In this document: positions 1-17,667 of the stretch, piece after piece
Position numbering within the stretch: the first letter of the stretch is position 1
Layout: each line of letters starts with the position of its first letter
Assembly (NCBI RefSeq): GCF_009914755.1
Contig: NC_060931.1
Origin: the human T2T-CHM13v2.0 reference genome, Homo sapiens
DNA: 64,000 bases
Direction: 5' to 3' (one strand)
Notes under the pieces: model-generated
What the model was told of the DNA's origin: nothing
What the model saw: the letters and a program-made list of their open reading frames with translations, nothing else
Database searches by the model: none
Program-made: the position numbers and the translations under genes

Positions 1-637
1 AAGGGGAGGGAAGGAGGTGAAAATGTTTTATACCTTTGATAAAAGTCATCTACTTGATATTTCAAATATGTAGAACTTATTGTCCGTAAATTATGTCTCA
101 GTAAAGCCGGTTTATTAAAAAAAAGGCAAAAACATAACAATGGGGTAGTCTTTAGTAATATACAAGGGTTATACTATGCTTGGAGTGCTGTGACTTTGGA
201 TACAGATGTCTAACAAGATCGGTTATTTTACAGCCTTCAATGCACTCTGAAGTCCACACAAAACACAAACTATTCTGCTTTTCTGTCCAGTCCAAAAATA
301 GCCCTAGGAAAAAACCTTTTAACATTAACAATGTGCTTCCCTTTTTAGAATTCTGGAGAATCATGGGGAAATTATGTATAAGATATAGGGCTCTTTTCAA
401 AATCAGCTTTTCAGAGAAAACTGAAATATCCTTTCTCTTTCTTCTGATAAATTTCCCTGAAAGAAACAGAAACACACCAAGTAATCCCATTGATCTTTTT
501 TTTTCTTTCTTTTTTTTTTTTTTTTCTGAGATGCAGTCTTGCTCTGTCATTTCAGCTGGTGTGCAGTGACACGATCCCGGCTCCACTGCAACCTCCACCT
601 CCCAGGTTCAAGCGATTCTCCTGCCTCAGCCTCCTGA

Positions 638-1045
<408 letters not shown>

Positions 1046-1380
1046 TGACCTCAAATGATCCACCACCTCAGCCTCCCAAAGTGCTGGGATTGCAGGCATG
1101 AGCCACCTTGACCGGCCAGTTTGAATGCTTTCTATCAATCCACGTTTGTCTACTGACTCTTCCTCACCTTCATATTGTTAATTGAGTCCATCTAGTGAGT
1201 TTTAAATTTTTGTTATTGTATTTTTGTTTTAAAATTTCCATTTGAGGCTAGGTGTTGTGGCTCATGCCTGTAATCCCAGCACTCTGGGAGGCCGAGGTGG
1301 TCGAATCACTTCAATTCAGGAGTTTGCGACCAGCCTGGGTGACATGGCAAGACCCTATCTCTACACAAAATACAAAAATT

Positions 1381-1484
1381 GTGCATGCTTCGGTAGCACA
1401 TATACTAAAATTGGAAAGATACAGAGAAGATTAGCATGGCCCCTGCACAAAGATGACATGCAAATTTGTGTTGCGTTCCATATT
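1381..1484 (+). pseudogene. U6 snRNA retropseudogene (near full length) fused to an Alu 3' fragment
   Basis: gtgcatgcttcggtagcacatatactaaaattggaaagatacagagaagattagcatggcccctgcac...gcgttccatatt matches U6, including the ACAGAGA box. Several substitutions, no PSE/TATA upstream, flanked by Alu sequence. Confidence 0.95.
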
Positions 1485-1925
1485 CGCTTGAACCTGGGAC
1501 AAGGAGGTTGCAGTGAGTCTAGATCGTGCCAGGGCACTCCAGCCTGGGCAACAAGAGCGAAACTCTGTCTCAAAACCTCAAAACAAAACAAAACAAAACA
1601 AAACAACAAAACAAGGCCGGTGTAGTGGTTCATGCCTGTAATCCCAGCACTTTGGGAGGTGGAGGCAGGTGGATCACCTGAGGTAAGGGGTTCAAGACCA
1701 GCCTGGGCAACATGGTGAAACCCCCGTCTCTACTAAAAATACAAAAATTAGGCCAGGCATGGTGGCTCATGCCTGTATTCCCAGCACTTTGGGAGGCCGA
1801 GGTGGGCAGATCACAAGGTCAGGAGATCGAGACCTTCCTGGCTAACACATTGAAACCCTGTCTCTACTAAAAATACAAAAAATTATCTGGGCATGGTTGT
1901 GGGCGCCTGTAGTCCCAGCTACTCA

Positions 1926-2231
<306 letters not shown>

Positions 2232-2696
2232 CTAACAAAAGGATAATAAGGGAATACTAAGCAATTCTACCCATATAAATCCAACAAGTTGGATGAAATG
2301 GACCAATTCCTTGAAAACTACAAACTACCAAAAAACACTCCATAGGAAACATAATTTTTAAAATCTTGTAACAATTTTAAAAATTGAATTCATGGTTTTT
2401 TATTTTTATTTTATTTTATTGTGAGACTGTATCTCACTCTGTCACCCATACTGGAGTGCAGTGGCACAATCACGGCTCACTGCAGCCTTGACTTCCTGGG
2501 CTCAGGTGATCTTCCCACCTCAGCCTCCTGAGTAGTTAGGACTACGGGCGCCCGCCACCACACCCAGCTAGATTTTTATTTTTTGTAGAGATGGGGTTTT
2601 GCCAAGTTGCCCAGGCTGGTCTTCAACTCCTGGGGCTCAAGCAATCCACCTGCCTCAGCCTCCCAAAGTGTTAAGATTACAGGCATGAGCCACTAG

Positions 2697-3015
<319 letters not shown>

Positions 3016-3049
3016 TGAATTCATAGTTTTAATAAAAGAATTTCTTGTC

Positions 3050-3325
3050 TTCATGGTCGCATACAACTAGTTTGGTGATTCCCTGGAAGGACCCATGTGA
3101 CTCTAGATCAAGTTATACTCTAGGTGAAGGTTTATTACAGTGGAGGATACAATACAAAGACAGCAGGAAAAAGGATATTAATAGATGAAGGCTGGAAGGT
3201 CAAATGCATACTTAACCTCTGCAGGGACAGCACAGACTTATCTTTTCCAGGAGCAAACTGCAAGGACTTGTGTGAGATGTCCTTGCCCAGGAAATCGCAC
3301 TTGAGTTCTGGAGTCAAAATTTGTG
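3050..3325. mobile_element. MER21/MER77-like LTR fragment
   Basis: tgattccctggaaggacccatgtgactctagatcaagttatactc...gtttattacagtggaggatacaatacaaagacagc resembles the MER21C-family consensus; judged by eye. Confidence 0.5.
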
Positions 3326-3449
3326 TGGTTAGGCCAGGCACAGTGGCTCATCCCTGTAATCCCAGCACTTTGGGAGGCCGAGATGGGAGAACTGCTTGAG
3401 TCCAGGAGTTTGAGACCAGCCTGGGCAACATGGTAAGATCAGATCTTTA

Positions 3450-3727
<278 letters not shown>

Positions 3728-3868
3728 TCAAGCCTAGGCGACAAGAGCAAGACTCCATCTGGCTCATGGCTGTAATCCTAGCACTTTGGGAGGCTGACGG
3801 GGGCGGATCACCTGAGGTCAGGAGGTCGAGAGCAGCCTGGCCAACATGGTAAAACCCCATCTCTACTA

Positions 3869-4069
<201 letters not shown>

Positions 4070-4144
4070 TTATTCTTTTTTTTTTTTTTCAAAAATGGGG
4101 TCTCACTATGTCTCCTAGGCTGGAGTGCAGTGGCATGATCATAG

Positions 4145-4372
<228 letters not shown>

Positions 4373-5486
4373 TGATCTTGAACTCCTGACCTCAAGCGAT
4401 TCTGCCTGCCTCGGCCTCTCCAAATTCTGGGATTACAGGCCTGAGCCACTGAGCCTGGCCAAGCATCATGAATCTGTATGTTTACTTTAAACCTGCTGAC
4501 AGCCTGGTTCATCTGGGCTCACTGTTTTGGGCGTGGAGAATAACATCTGACCCGGTAGCTATGTGAATATTCCAGGAGTTTGGTTTTCAGACTTTGACCA
4601 ATGGCCATGCTTTGGCTATAGAAATAAGTGAGAAATGAATGAATCAGACCTGTTGTGTTAACTCTTTCCTCCCACTCTTAAAAAAGGTATCTCCAGACCC
4701 AGATAGTTTCACTGGAGAAGTCTGCTCATAGTTAAAGAAATAGCAACACCAATTACACGTAATCTCCAGAAAACAGAAGAAGGGGCATTTCCAGACTGAC
4801 GAGGCCAGTACAGTTGACCCTTATAACTGCAGGTTCCCCATCCATGGATTCGGCCAACCACAGATCGAAAATATTCCAAAATATGGACTCTAGGCACGGT
4901 GGCTCACACCTGTAATCCCGAGAATCACTTGAACCCAGGAGGCAGAGGTTGCAGTGAGCCGAGATCACGCCACTGCACCGCTGCACCACTGCACCGCTGC
5001 ACTCCAGCCTGGATGACAAGAGTGAAACTCCGTCTCAAAAAGAAAAAAATCACTCTGGGTGGGCATGGTGGCTCACACCTGTAATCTCAACATTGTGGGA
5101 GGCCAATGAGAAAGAATTGCTTGAGCCCAAGAGTTTGAGACCAGCCTGGGCAAATAGCAAGACCCTGTCTCTACAAAAAAATTTAAAAATTAGCTGGGCA
5201 TGGTGGTGCTTCTCTACTGTAATCCCAGGTACTTGGGAGGCTGAGATGGGAGGATCACATGAGCCCAGGAGTTCCAGGCTGCAGTGATCTATGATTGCAA
5301 CACTGTACTCCAGCCTCGGGAACACAGCGAGATCCTGTCTCAAAAACAAACAAAAAAACAAAAACAGGAAAAAACTCAATTCTGAAAACTTTGCCTTAAC
5401 TTGTAGTCTAGAGTTGAAGACCCCTCCGCTAAGCTCTGGTGAGAGGCTAACTGAATAAGAACACTTTGACCATCATATTATAATAA

Positions 5487-5741
<255 letters not shown>

Positions 5742-6938
5742 TAATTGTTTTTCTGTTTTTTGTTTTGTTTTGTTTTGTTTTTTTGAGACAGAGTCTCGCT
5801 CGGTTGCACAGGTTGGAGTGCAGTGGCACAATCTCGGCTCACTGCAAGCTCCGCCTCCTGGATTCACACCATTCTCCTGCCTCAGCCTCCTGAGAAGCCG
5901 GGACTACTAATTTTTTGTATTTTTAGTAGAGATGGGTTTCACCATGTTAGCCAGGATGCTCTCGATCTCCTGACCTCGTGATCCGCCCACCTCAGCCTCC
6001 AAAGTGCTGGGATTACAGGCAAGAGTCACCGCACCCTGCGAATTTTATACATTTTTTATAAAGAGGGGCATTGGCCAGGCACCCTGGCTTACGCCTGTAA
6101 TCCCAGCACTTTGGGAGGCCGAGGCAGGTGAATCACCTAAGGTCAGGAGTTCCAGACCAGCCTGGACAACATGGTGAAACCCCATTTCTACTAAAAATAC
6201 AAAAATTAGCTGGGCATGGCGCCACATGCCTATAATCCCAGCTACTCAGGAGGCTGTGGCAGGAGAATCGCTTGAATTCAGGAGGCAGTTGCAGTGAGCC
6301 GAGATCGTGCGGTTGCACTCCAGTCTGCGAAACGAGAAAAACTTTGTCTCAAAAAAGTAAATAAATAAAAAATAATAAAATAAAGAGGGGTGTCTTGTCA
6401 TGTTGCCTAAGCTAGTCTAGTATTTCTGGGCTCAAGTGATCTACCCGCCTCAGCCTCCCAAAGTGCTGGGATTACAGGCATGAGAGTCACTGTGCCTGGC
6501 CAGAGCTGGGCTACATATCTCTATTAAGCTTTTCATCAGGGTCAACTGGGCCCTGGCTCCTGCCCCACCCATCCTATAAGGCTGCAGTGTGTATGGCCCC
6601 AATAAAGATTCTTCCCCGAACCCCCTACCCCCGGATCTTCCTGCAAGGTTGGCAGAGCTGGATGCTCTGAAAGCTAAGGGCATGTGGGCCAACCAGCGCC
6701 TGGCCAGAGAAGGGGAGGAAAACATGTGAGGGCTCACAGGTCTGGAGTCTAGCGCCTGACTGAACACAGAACAGCCACCCCTGCGTGCAGTTGCAGGGCG
6801 AAGAAGGTCAGCTCTTGCCCCCTTCTCAACCCTCCTCCCAAACACCAAGCAGGTTTCTGAGAATAGTAAAAGGCCAGCAGACCCATCTTCAGGGCCCCTG
6901 TGATCAGAAATGTGCAAATACCTTTTTCTTTTTTCTAA

Positions 6939-7259
<321 letters not shown>

Positions 7260-8522
7260 TAATTAAGCACCAGTATCTAAAAAGCTGTTTCTGCATCCCA
7301 CACTCAGAGTGAATGGCAGAAACAGAGTCCAGGAATGCACAAGGCTGGGATTCAGATTCAGCAAGTTCTGGGATAGAAAAACTGAACCTAAAGGAAAATT
7401 GTATTGTGCACTCACCAGTACTTTGAAAGAGTGTTTCAGTACATTATAAAAAGAGGCTGGGCGTGGTGGCTCATGCCTGTAATCCCAGCACTTTGGGAGG
7501 CTGAGGCAGGAGGATTGTTTGAGGCCAGGAGCTGGAGACCAGCCTAGGAAACATGAAGAGACCCCATCTCTACAAAAAATATAAAAATTAGCCAGGCATG
7601 GTGGTGCATGCCTGTGGTCCCAGCTACTCTGGAGGCTGAGATGGGAGAATCCCTTGAATCCAGGAGGTCAAGGCTGCAGTAAACTATGATTGTACAACTG
7701 CCCTCCAAACTGATCAACAGAACAAGACCCTGTGTCAAAAATAAAAATAAAAAGACATGAGCTAGCTGACTTTTTTTTTTGAGATGGAGTTTCACTCTTG
7801 TTGCCCAGGCTGGAGTGTAATGGCATGATCTCCACCTGTCGAGTTCAAGCGATTCTCCTGCCTCAGCCTCCTGAGTAGCTGGGATTACAGGCATGCATCA
7901 TGACACCCGGCTAATTTTGTATTTTTAGTAGAGACGGGGTTTCTCCATGTTGGTCAGGCTGGTCTCGAACTCCCGACCTCAGGTGATCTGTCTGCCTTGG
8001 CCTCTCAAATTGCTGGGATTACAGGCACCCACCACCACACCTGGCTAATTTTTGTATTTTTTTAGTAGATTCAGGGTTTCACCATGTTCGTCAGGCTGGC
8101 GTTGATCTCCTGACCTCAGGTGATCCGCCCACCGCAGTCTCCCAAAGTGCTGGGATTACAGGCGTGAGCCACTGTGCCTGGCCAAGGGGGCTGATATTCT
8201 TAAAACCAAATATTTAAAAAATGTAAATATGTTAATAGAATATTCTTGAATGTTCCCAACTGTAGTTCCCAACTACAGAGCCAGTCCTCTACCTTCTAGT
8301 GAAAGCTTCCGGTGGACAAGAAAAGCTTGGGAAAGCCAGAAGGAATAGGAAGCACAGCTCATGGTGGTCTGTGGCTTCATCAATAAAAAGGACAATTCTT
8401 TTTTTTTTTTTTTTAAGAGATAAGGTCTCACTCCATCGCCCAGGCTGGTGTGCAGTGACCCAATCACAGCTCACTGCAGCCTTGACCTCCTGGGCTCAAG
8501 CAATCCTCCCAGCTCCTCCTGA

Positions 8523-8798
<276 letters not shown>

Positions 8799-8809
8799 TG
8801 AACTCCTGA

Positions 8810-9067
<258 letters not shown>

Positions 9068-9995
9068 TAGTCGGTGGGTGGTGGGAAGATAAGAATATTC
9101 ACTCTGGGCTGGGCGCGGTCCACGCCTGTAATCACAGCACTTTGGGAGGCCAAGGTGGGTGGATCACGAGGTCAGGAGATTGAGACCATCCTGGCTAACA
9201 CAGTGAAATCCCGTCTCTACTAAAAATACAAAAAATTAGCCGGGCGTGGTGGCGGGCGCCTGTAGTTCCAGCTACTAGGGAGGCTGAGGCAGGAGAATGG
9301 CATGAACCCAGGAGGCAGAGCTTGGAGTGAGATTGCACCACTGCACTCCAGCCTGGGCGACAGAGAAAGACTTTGTCTCAAAAAAGAGAAAAAAAAAAAG
9401 AACATTCACTCTGATGTCTTCTAATAACGTTAGAGAAGTGAGCTTCAGCTGAGCAGAAGAGAGGGAGGGAAGGAAGCACAGGAGGTTTGAGGAGAGAGAG
9501 AGGAAGTATGAAATCACTGTTGCAAACCTCCTGGGGGAATGTAAAGGGGTTGCCAGGCAGCCTACTTGAAGTCTGTGAATTTAAAGTGAAAGTCTGTCCA
9601 GGCCGAGAGCACTGGCTTACTCCTGTAATCCCAGCACTTTGAGAGGCCAAGGTAGGTGGATCACCTGAGGCCGGGAATTTGAGACCAGCCTGACCAACAT
9701 GGTGAAACCCCATCTCTACTTAAAATATAAAAGCTGGCCAGGCATGTTTGTGGGCACCTGTGATCCCAGCTACTCAGAAGGCTGAGGTGGGAGAATCGCT
9801 TGAACCCAGGAGGCAGAGATTGCAGTGAGCCGAGATCGCTCCACTGCGCTCCAGCCTGGGCAGTACAGCCAGACATGGTGGCTCACACCTGTAATCCCGG
9901 CACATTGAGGGGTTGAGGTGAGGAGGATTGCTTAAGGCCAGGAGTTCAACAGCAGCCTGGGCAACATGATGAGACCTCATCTCTACAGAAAATTA

Positions 9996-10558
<563 letters not shown>

Positions 10559-10864
10559 TGATCCATCCGCTTCGGCCTCCCAAAGTGCTGGGATTACAGG
10601 TGTGAACCACCTCGCCCTGCAGGAGTTGATTTTAATTATGAACGATGATTAAGGAAGGCAGTGGACACAGAGAGAGTGACAGTGAGGTTACGAGGCCAAG
10701 TGGAGAGTTCTGGAACGAGAGAGGAGAGGTCAGTGGGGAGCTGTCTGAAGTCTCCTTTCTGGGTGATGGAGGGTCCCAGGTGTGACCGCAGGCAGGGAGA
10801 GGTGGCTGAGAGGCACACTGGAAAAGGTCACTGGAGCTGCAGCAGTCCTGGTGCCCAGAGAGAC

Positions 10865-10984
10865 AGGGAGTAGCCTGGCCTGTCCACGTGGGTGACATCA
10901 CCCTCGGGGAGTAGCCTGGCCTGTCCACGTGGGTGATGACGCCCTCAGGGAGTAGCCTGGCATGTCCACGTGGGTGACGACGCC
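10865..10984 (+). repeat. 41-bp minisatellite x3, each copy with CCACGTGG
   Basis: Units start at 10865, 10906 and 10947: (a/g)gggagtagcctggcctgtccacgtgggtga...ccctc. Confidence 0.92.
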
Positions 10985-11507
10985 AACGTCTTGTATGAAA
11001 TCACTGTTGCAAACCTCCTGGGGGATGTAGAGGGGATGCCAGGCAGCAACCCCTCTAACGAGATGACAAGAATGATGGAGAACACTGTCAACTGAAAGCC
11101 CAAGTCCTCAGTGGATGAGGAGGTGTAAGGGGAAGACCAGCAGACAGCAGTCACCGAGAGGGACAGCAGGTGACTCTGCTGCCTTTGGAAGAGAAATGTC
11201 TTGGACGCAACCACAGGAAGCATGGAGGATATAGACCCTACTTTAGATTCTGCAGTACGTGGGGTATAGGAGAAAAAAAAGACTCCCTGCTCCAGATGGT
11301 GCCAGCGGAATTGGGGTCCTGAGGGGCCAGTGGGGTCGGAGGGAGGGGACCCTCTTGCAAGAGGCTGAGTGGCGGCTCCAGAGCCGATGATGTCATCAGA
11401 GGAGCTGGGGCAGGATGAGGGGTGAGGAGGAGGGTCCAGTCATATTAGGCAATGCACAGATCCGGGGGAAGGGCCCATGGCACAGAGGCTCTGTCCTTTG
11501 AGGGTCA

Positions 11508-12398
<891 letters not shown>

Positions 12399-13126
12399 TC
12401 AACAATCTCCCACAGTGTCACTTCTCCCAGGAATATGTGTATGTTGCCCTTGACAAACTGTTGCCCTTGACGAAGAAATGTACCAATTTCCAATGGCAGT
12501 ATATTTAATTGAGGAAAGATCTCATTAACAGATGTAAGTGCAGGGTCTCAGCATCAGAATTTCCCTTCAGTGTTTTATTATAAAAACGTTTGGGGTGTGG
12601 GGCTTACACCTGTAATCCTAACACTTTGGGAGGCCGAGGTGGGAGGATCACTTGAGGACAAGAGTTTGAGACCAGCCTGGGTAATTAGCCAAATGCAGTG
12701 GAGCACACTTGTAGTTTCAGCTTGGGAGGCTGAGAAGGGAGCATCCCTTGAGCCCAGGAGTTGAGGCTGCAGTGAGCTAGGATCACATCACTGCACTCCA
12801 GCCCGGGAAACAGAGCAAGACCCTGTCTCTAAAAAATAAATGAATTAACACTTTTAAGAAATGTTCAAACTTAATGAAAAGTTGAAAGAATTTTGCAGTG
12901 AACATCCATACCCACCCCTGAAGTCTACAATTAACATTTCATTATGCTCAGTTTATCATATAATCTATTCAACTATCCATCCCTCAAACCATCCTATTTG
13001 GAGGCATTTCAAAATGAATTGTGGCATTAGTACATTTCACCCCTAAACACTTCAGCACACATAACAAGACTCTCATATTTATTTATAGTCCTTTTTTCTT
13101 TGGACATGAAATACGCATATAGGTCA

Positions 13127-13384
<258 letters not shown>

Positions 13385-14024
13385 TTATCTTGTTGATTCA
13401 GCACCATGCACCACATGAAGTGAGTTCTGATTACTCTTCCTTATGAAAGCTCTTAAACTGTCCAAAGATGGCCATTCTGTCCCTTTGAGTCACTTCATCT
13501 GATACAGAATCTCCAGTTTCTCTACCTGTTCATGCCCAGGCAAAGCTTCCAGCACTCAGCACTTCACTGGCTAGGCTTTCATGTTTGCAAGGGTGCTGAC
13601 GCATCTCATCTTTCTATGTCAGTGGAAGAAAATAGACGGTTCAGACCTGGCCTGCTCTGGGTGGATATGATTGGATGGCCAGGACAGGAAGCCAGGACCT
13701 GGAAGGAGAGCAAACAAAATGAGTTTTTCAAAAAGCTAGATGACAGTGGAACCATGCAGAGATCAAAAACGGTGCAACAGGAAACTAGGAAAGCAGAAAA
13801 CAGAAATAGTGTAATTTTGTAACATTAACAGGGGTAAGTAACATGACATTAGCGATATTTCACAGGGGATATTGGTCAGTGCCTGCAGCAAAATGTTTGA
13901 ATGCCTTTTAATTGCAAAATTAATGCTTGCATACGTTTTCTTTGTTAAAAAATGAAAACAATTCAGGTAAGTCTAAAATGTCCCTGGTCCCTTCTGTCCT
14001 TCCTTCCCTACCCAATTCCAGAAG

Positions 14025-14567
14025 TGTGTGTATGAGCAGGTGCATGGGTGAGCATTTGCGTGTGTGTGTGTATATATATGTGTGTGCATATATATCTATG
14101 CACATATATGTGTATGTATACACATATATGTATATATGATGTACACATGTATACATACATGTGTATATGCATGTATATATACACATGTATACATGCACCT
14201 GTGTATATATGCATATACATATATGTACACATACATATACGTGCACATACACATGCATATGTGTACATAAATATATGTAGGTATGCATAGATAAGTGTGC
14301 ATATACATATGTGCAAATACATATCTATATAAACATATCTACATACACATACATATCTATGTACACATATCTATGTATACATATATTTATGTATATATAC
14401 ATACATGTATATATATATGTGTGTATGCATATATATATAGAGAGAGAGAATGAAAGAGAGAGAATAGAGAGAGATTTATTGTAAGGAATTGGTAAGGAAT
14501 AGGTATATATACATAGGTTTATGTATATATACATATGTGTATATATCTATATATATTTATGTGTGTG

Positions 14568-14598
<31 letters not shown>

Positions 14599-14630
14599 GG
14601 GGACAGAAAGAGAGAGAGAAGAGAGAGAGA
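14025..14630 (+). repeat. Long compound (TA/CA/TG)n and (GA)n microsatellite
   Basis: About 600 bp of alternating purine-pyrimidine sequence with GA tracts. Confidence 0.95.
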
Positions 14631-14980
14631 TTTATTGTAAGGGATTGGGTCACACAATTGTGGAAGCTGGCAAGTCCAAAATATGCAGGCAGGGTAACTC
14701 CAGCCATCAGTGTGGAGACCCAGGGAAGAAGTGATGTTGCACCCTGAGTCCAAAGAAAGCCTGGAGATGTAATTCCTTCTTCCTTGGGGGAGGTCAGCCT
14801 TATTTCTTTTAAGGCCTTCAACTGATTAAGTGAGGCCCATCCCACTACGGAGAGTAATCTGTTTTATTCAAAGTACACTGATCTAAATGTTAATCTTACC
14901 TAAATAATACCTTTACAAAAACATCTAAGATAGTATTCGGCCATGGCCTAGCCATGCGATATGTAAAATTAACTGTCGCA
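14622..14980 (-). mobile_element. MLT2 (ERVL) LTR
   Basis: gagagatttattgtaagggattgg...gctggcaagtccaaaat...ttcaactgatt...aaattaactgtcgca is the typical MLT2 antisense signature. Confidence 0.8.
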
Positions 14981-16080
14981 ATATGGAATGCATATAAACA
15001 TTCCTATATAATTAAAATATGCTATATTTTGTGTGCATTATTTAAATGTTATTATAGCGTACGACCTGCTTTTATCACTCAAAGCTATGATTAGAGTTCT
15101 TTCTTTAATAGGAAATAAAGGAATACCTCATTCTTTCTCAATGTTATGCTTAGAGGTATTTCCTTAAGAAGAAATAAAGGAATACTTCATTCTCGCTTTC
15201 TACATAGTATTCTGTTCTATGGCTATATCCTGATTTATTTAGCCATTACTCTAAAAATTGGCATTATATTATTCCCAGCTGGTGAGCTGCTTGATCATGA
15301 ATTCAAGCAAACTTCTTGAATTCTTTTAAAATGGCGGTCGATATTCTGTTCCTGGGCAGGTGCAGTGGCTCATGCCTATAATCCCAGCACTTTGGGAGGC
15401 CAAGGTGTAAGGCTCTCTTTAGGCCAGGAGTTTGAGACCGGACTAGGCAATGTGGTGAAATCCTGTTACTACAAAAAATACAAAAATTAGCTGGGCATGG
15501 TGGCATGCATCTGTAGTCCCAGCTACTTGGAGGCTGAGGTTGGAGGATCGCTTGAGCTGAAGAGGTGAAGGCTGCAGTGAGCCATGTTCAGTGCACTGCA
15601 CTTCAGCTTGGACACTGGAGTGAGAGAAAGGAAGGAAGGAAGGAAAGAAAGAAAGAAAGAACGAAGGAAGGAAGGAAAGGAAGGAAGGGAAGGAAGGGGA
15701 AGAAAGAAAGATGAAAGAGAGAAAGAGAAAGAAAGAAAGAGAGAAAAAGAAAGATTTTCTTTTTCTAGTCTGGGTGACAGAGCAAGAATCTTTCTCAAAA
15801 AAAAAAAAAAAAAAAAGTCTCTCAGAGTTAGCTTGGCCCAACAGCCCAGGAATAATTAAGGGAAAGGCAAGATGGGGTGTGGATTAGCTCACATCTCTTT
15901 CACTGTCATAATTTTCTCACTGATAGAATTTTCAGAAGCAGTTTCAGAATTGTCAGAGAAATACAGCTAAGCCAAAAACATATGAACATATATATGTTCA
16001 ATGAAACTGTTAAATGCAAATTGAAAAGAATGATAGACCACAGACATCTTTCAATGTGCCAAATGTTTTTAAGTGTATTA

Positions 16081-16630
16081 TGTTACAGGAAAGGGGTCCC
16101 AATCCAGACCCCAAGAGAGGGTTCTTAGATCTCATGCAAGAATTCAGGGCAAGTCCATATATTAAAGTGAAAGCAAGTGTATTAGGAAAGTAAAGGAATA
16201 AAAGAATGACTACTCCATAGATGGAGCATCCTTGAGGGCTGATGGTTGCCTATTTTTATGGTTATTTCTTGATTATATGCTAACCAAGGGGTGAATTATT
16301 CATGCCTCTCCTTTCTAGACCAAATAGGGTAACTTCCTGACATTACCCTGACATTTGTAAGCTGTCATGGCGCTGGTGGGAGGGTAGCAGTGAGGACGAC
16401 CAGAGGTCACTCTGGTGGCCATCTTGATTTTGGTGGGATTTGGCTGGCTTCTTTACCACAATCTGTTTTATAAGCAAGGTCTTTATGACCTGTATTCTGT
16501 GTTGACCTCCTGTTTTATCCTGCGACTTAGAATGTCTTAACTGTCTGGGAGTGCAGCCCAGTAGGTCTCAGCCTCATTTTACCCAGCTCCTATTTAAAAT
16601 GGAGTTGCTCTGGTTTAAATGCCTCTGACA
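16081..16630 (-). mobile_element. MER41A solo LTR (ERV1)
   Basis: Minus strand begins TGTCAGAGGCATTTAAACCAGAGCAACTCCAT and ends CCTTTCCTGTAACA. It lacks the STAT/GAS-containing block present in MER41B. Near-TSD atta/ataa. Confidence 0.88.
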
Positions 16631-16849
16631 ATAATGCTGGCAAAATGACAGTGAGGTCACACTTGCACACCGCTCCTGGGAGTTCATACTTCATTAATTG
16701 AAACATAACAAGGACCATAAAGCATTCACATCCTTTAACACAGTCAACTTCTGGATCCTATCTAACAAAATTGGTAGACACAAGTACAAGGTTTTTTTAT
16801 GCAAAGGTTATCACTGGTATTTATAATGAGGAAAAATTGGGAATGGCGC

Positions 16850-17385
16850 TGGATAGAATTTTAAAGACACTCCTCTGTATTCCATGACCCCAGTCTCCAG
16901 AAGCTGTGAGTGGGATGAGACACTACCACTTCCAACAGTGCGATGGGCTCTGTGATCTGGCACACCGGACCTCTCATGAGCCCTTAAAACAGAGAACTTT
17001 TGCTGGCAGCAGGAACGGCCAGTCAGAGGGATTCCAAACCTGAAAAGGTTTTGTTCAGCCCCTGGTGACTTGAAAGTTGAGGCAGCCAGGTGATGAGGAA
17101 GGCAGCGGCCTTCAGGATCTGGGAGCAGAGCAGCCCCCAGCTGACAGCCAGCAGGGGAACAGGGAGCAGACCTCAGTCCTACAACCACAAGCAACTGGAT
17201 CCTGCCAACCTGAAGGAAGCTGGAGATGGATTCCTGCCCAGATTCTCCAGGTAAGAAGCCACCGTCTCACCTGGAGAGAGCCCAGGCAGAGACCCAGCTG
17301 AGCCACCAGGACTGTGAGATAATGAATGGATATTGTGAGTGCTATTTGTGGTCATTTGTTATGTTGCCATAAAAAATTAAAATGC
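16850..17385 (+). mobile_element. Old MLT1 (MaLR) LTR
   Basis: cagcccccagctgacagccagcagg...gacctcagtcctacaaccacaagcaactggat...tttgtggtcatttgttatg matches MLT1 hallmarks. Confidence 0.7.
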
Positions 17386-17667
17386 AACAGAAACACTAAT
17401 AGAAAATAATACACAATAGAAAACTGATATACAAGTTAGATGATTTAAACACATAACATAGGTGTGTCTTATAACGCAAAGCTGGCAGTGCCCAGAAATC
17501 AGGTCTTTGAACCACACTTGGCTACAAGGAGGCAGAGGGGTTCAGGCATTGTGTGTAAATATATTTATTTTAGGGAAAAAGGGTTTGATTTCAATAAAGA
17601 TGAGTTTGTGGGCATTTTAAGTTGAATAGAAACTGTACAAGAATGCACTTCCTTTCCTCATAGGTTT

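Noticed and set aside
1381-1484. Functional U6 snRNA gene
   Set aside because: No upstream PSE/TATA, multiple substitutions, no intact oligo-T terminator, embedded in Alus.
10865-10984. CRISPR-like appearance of the short tandem units here and at 38126-38342
   Set aside because: Head-to-tail repeats without unique spacers, no cas genes, human context: these are minisatellites.
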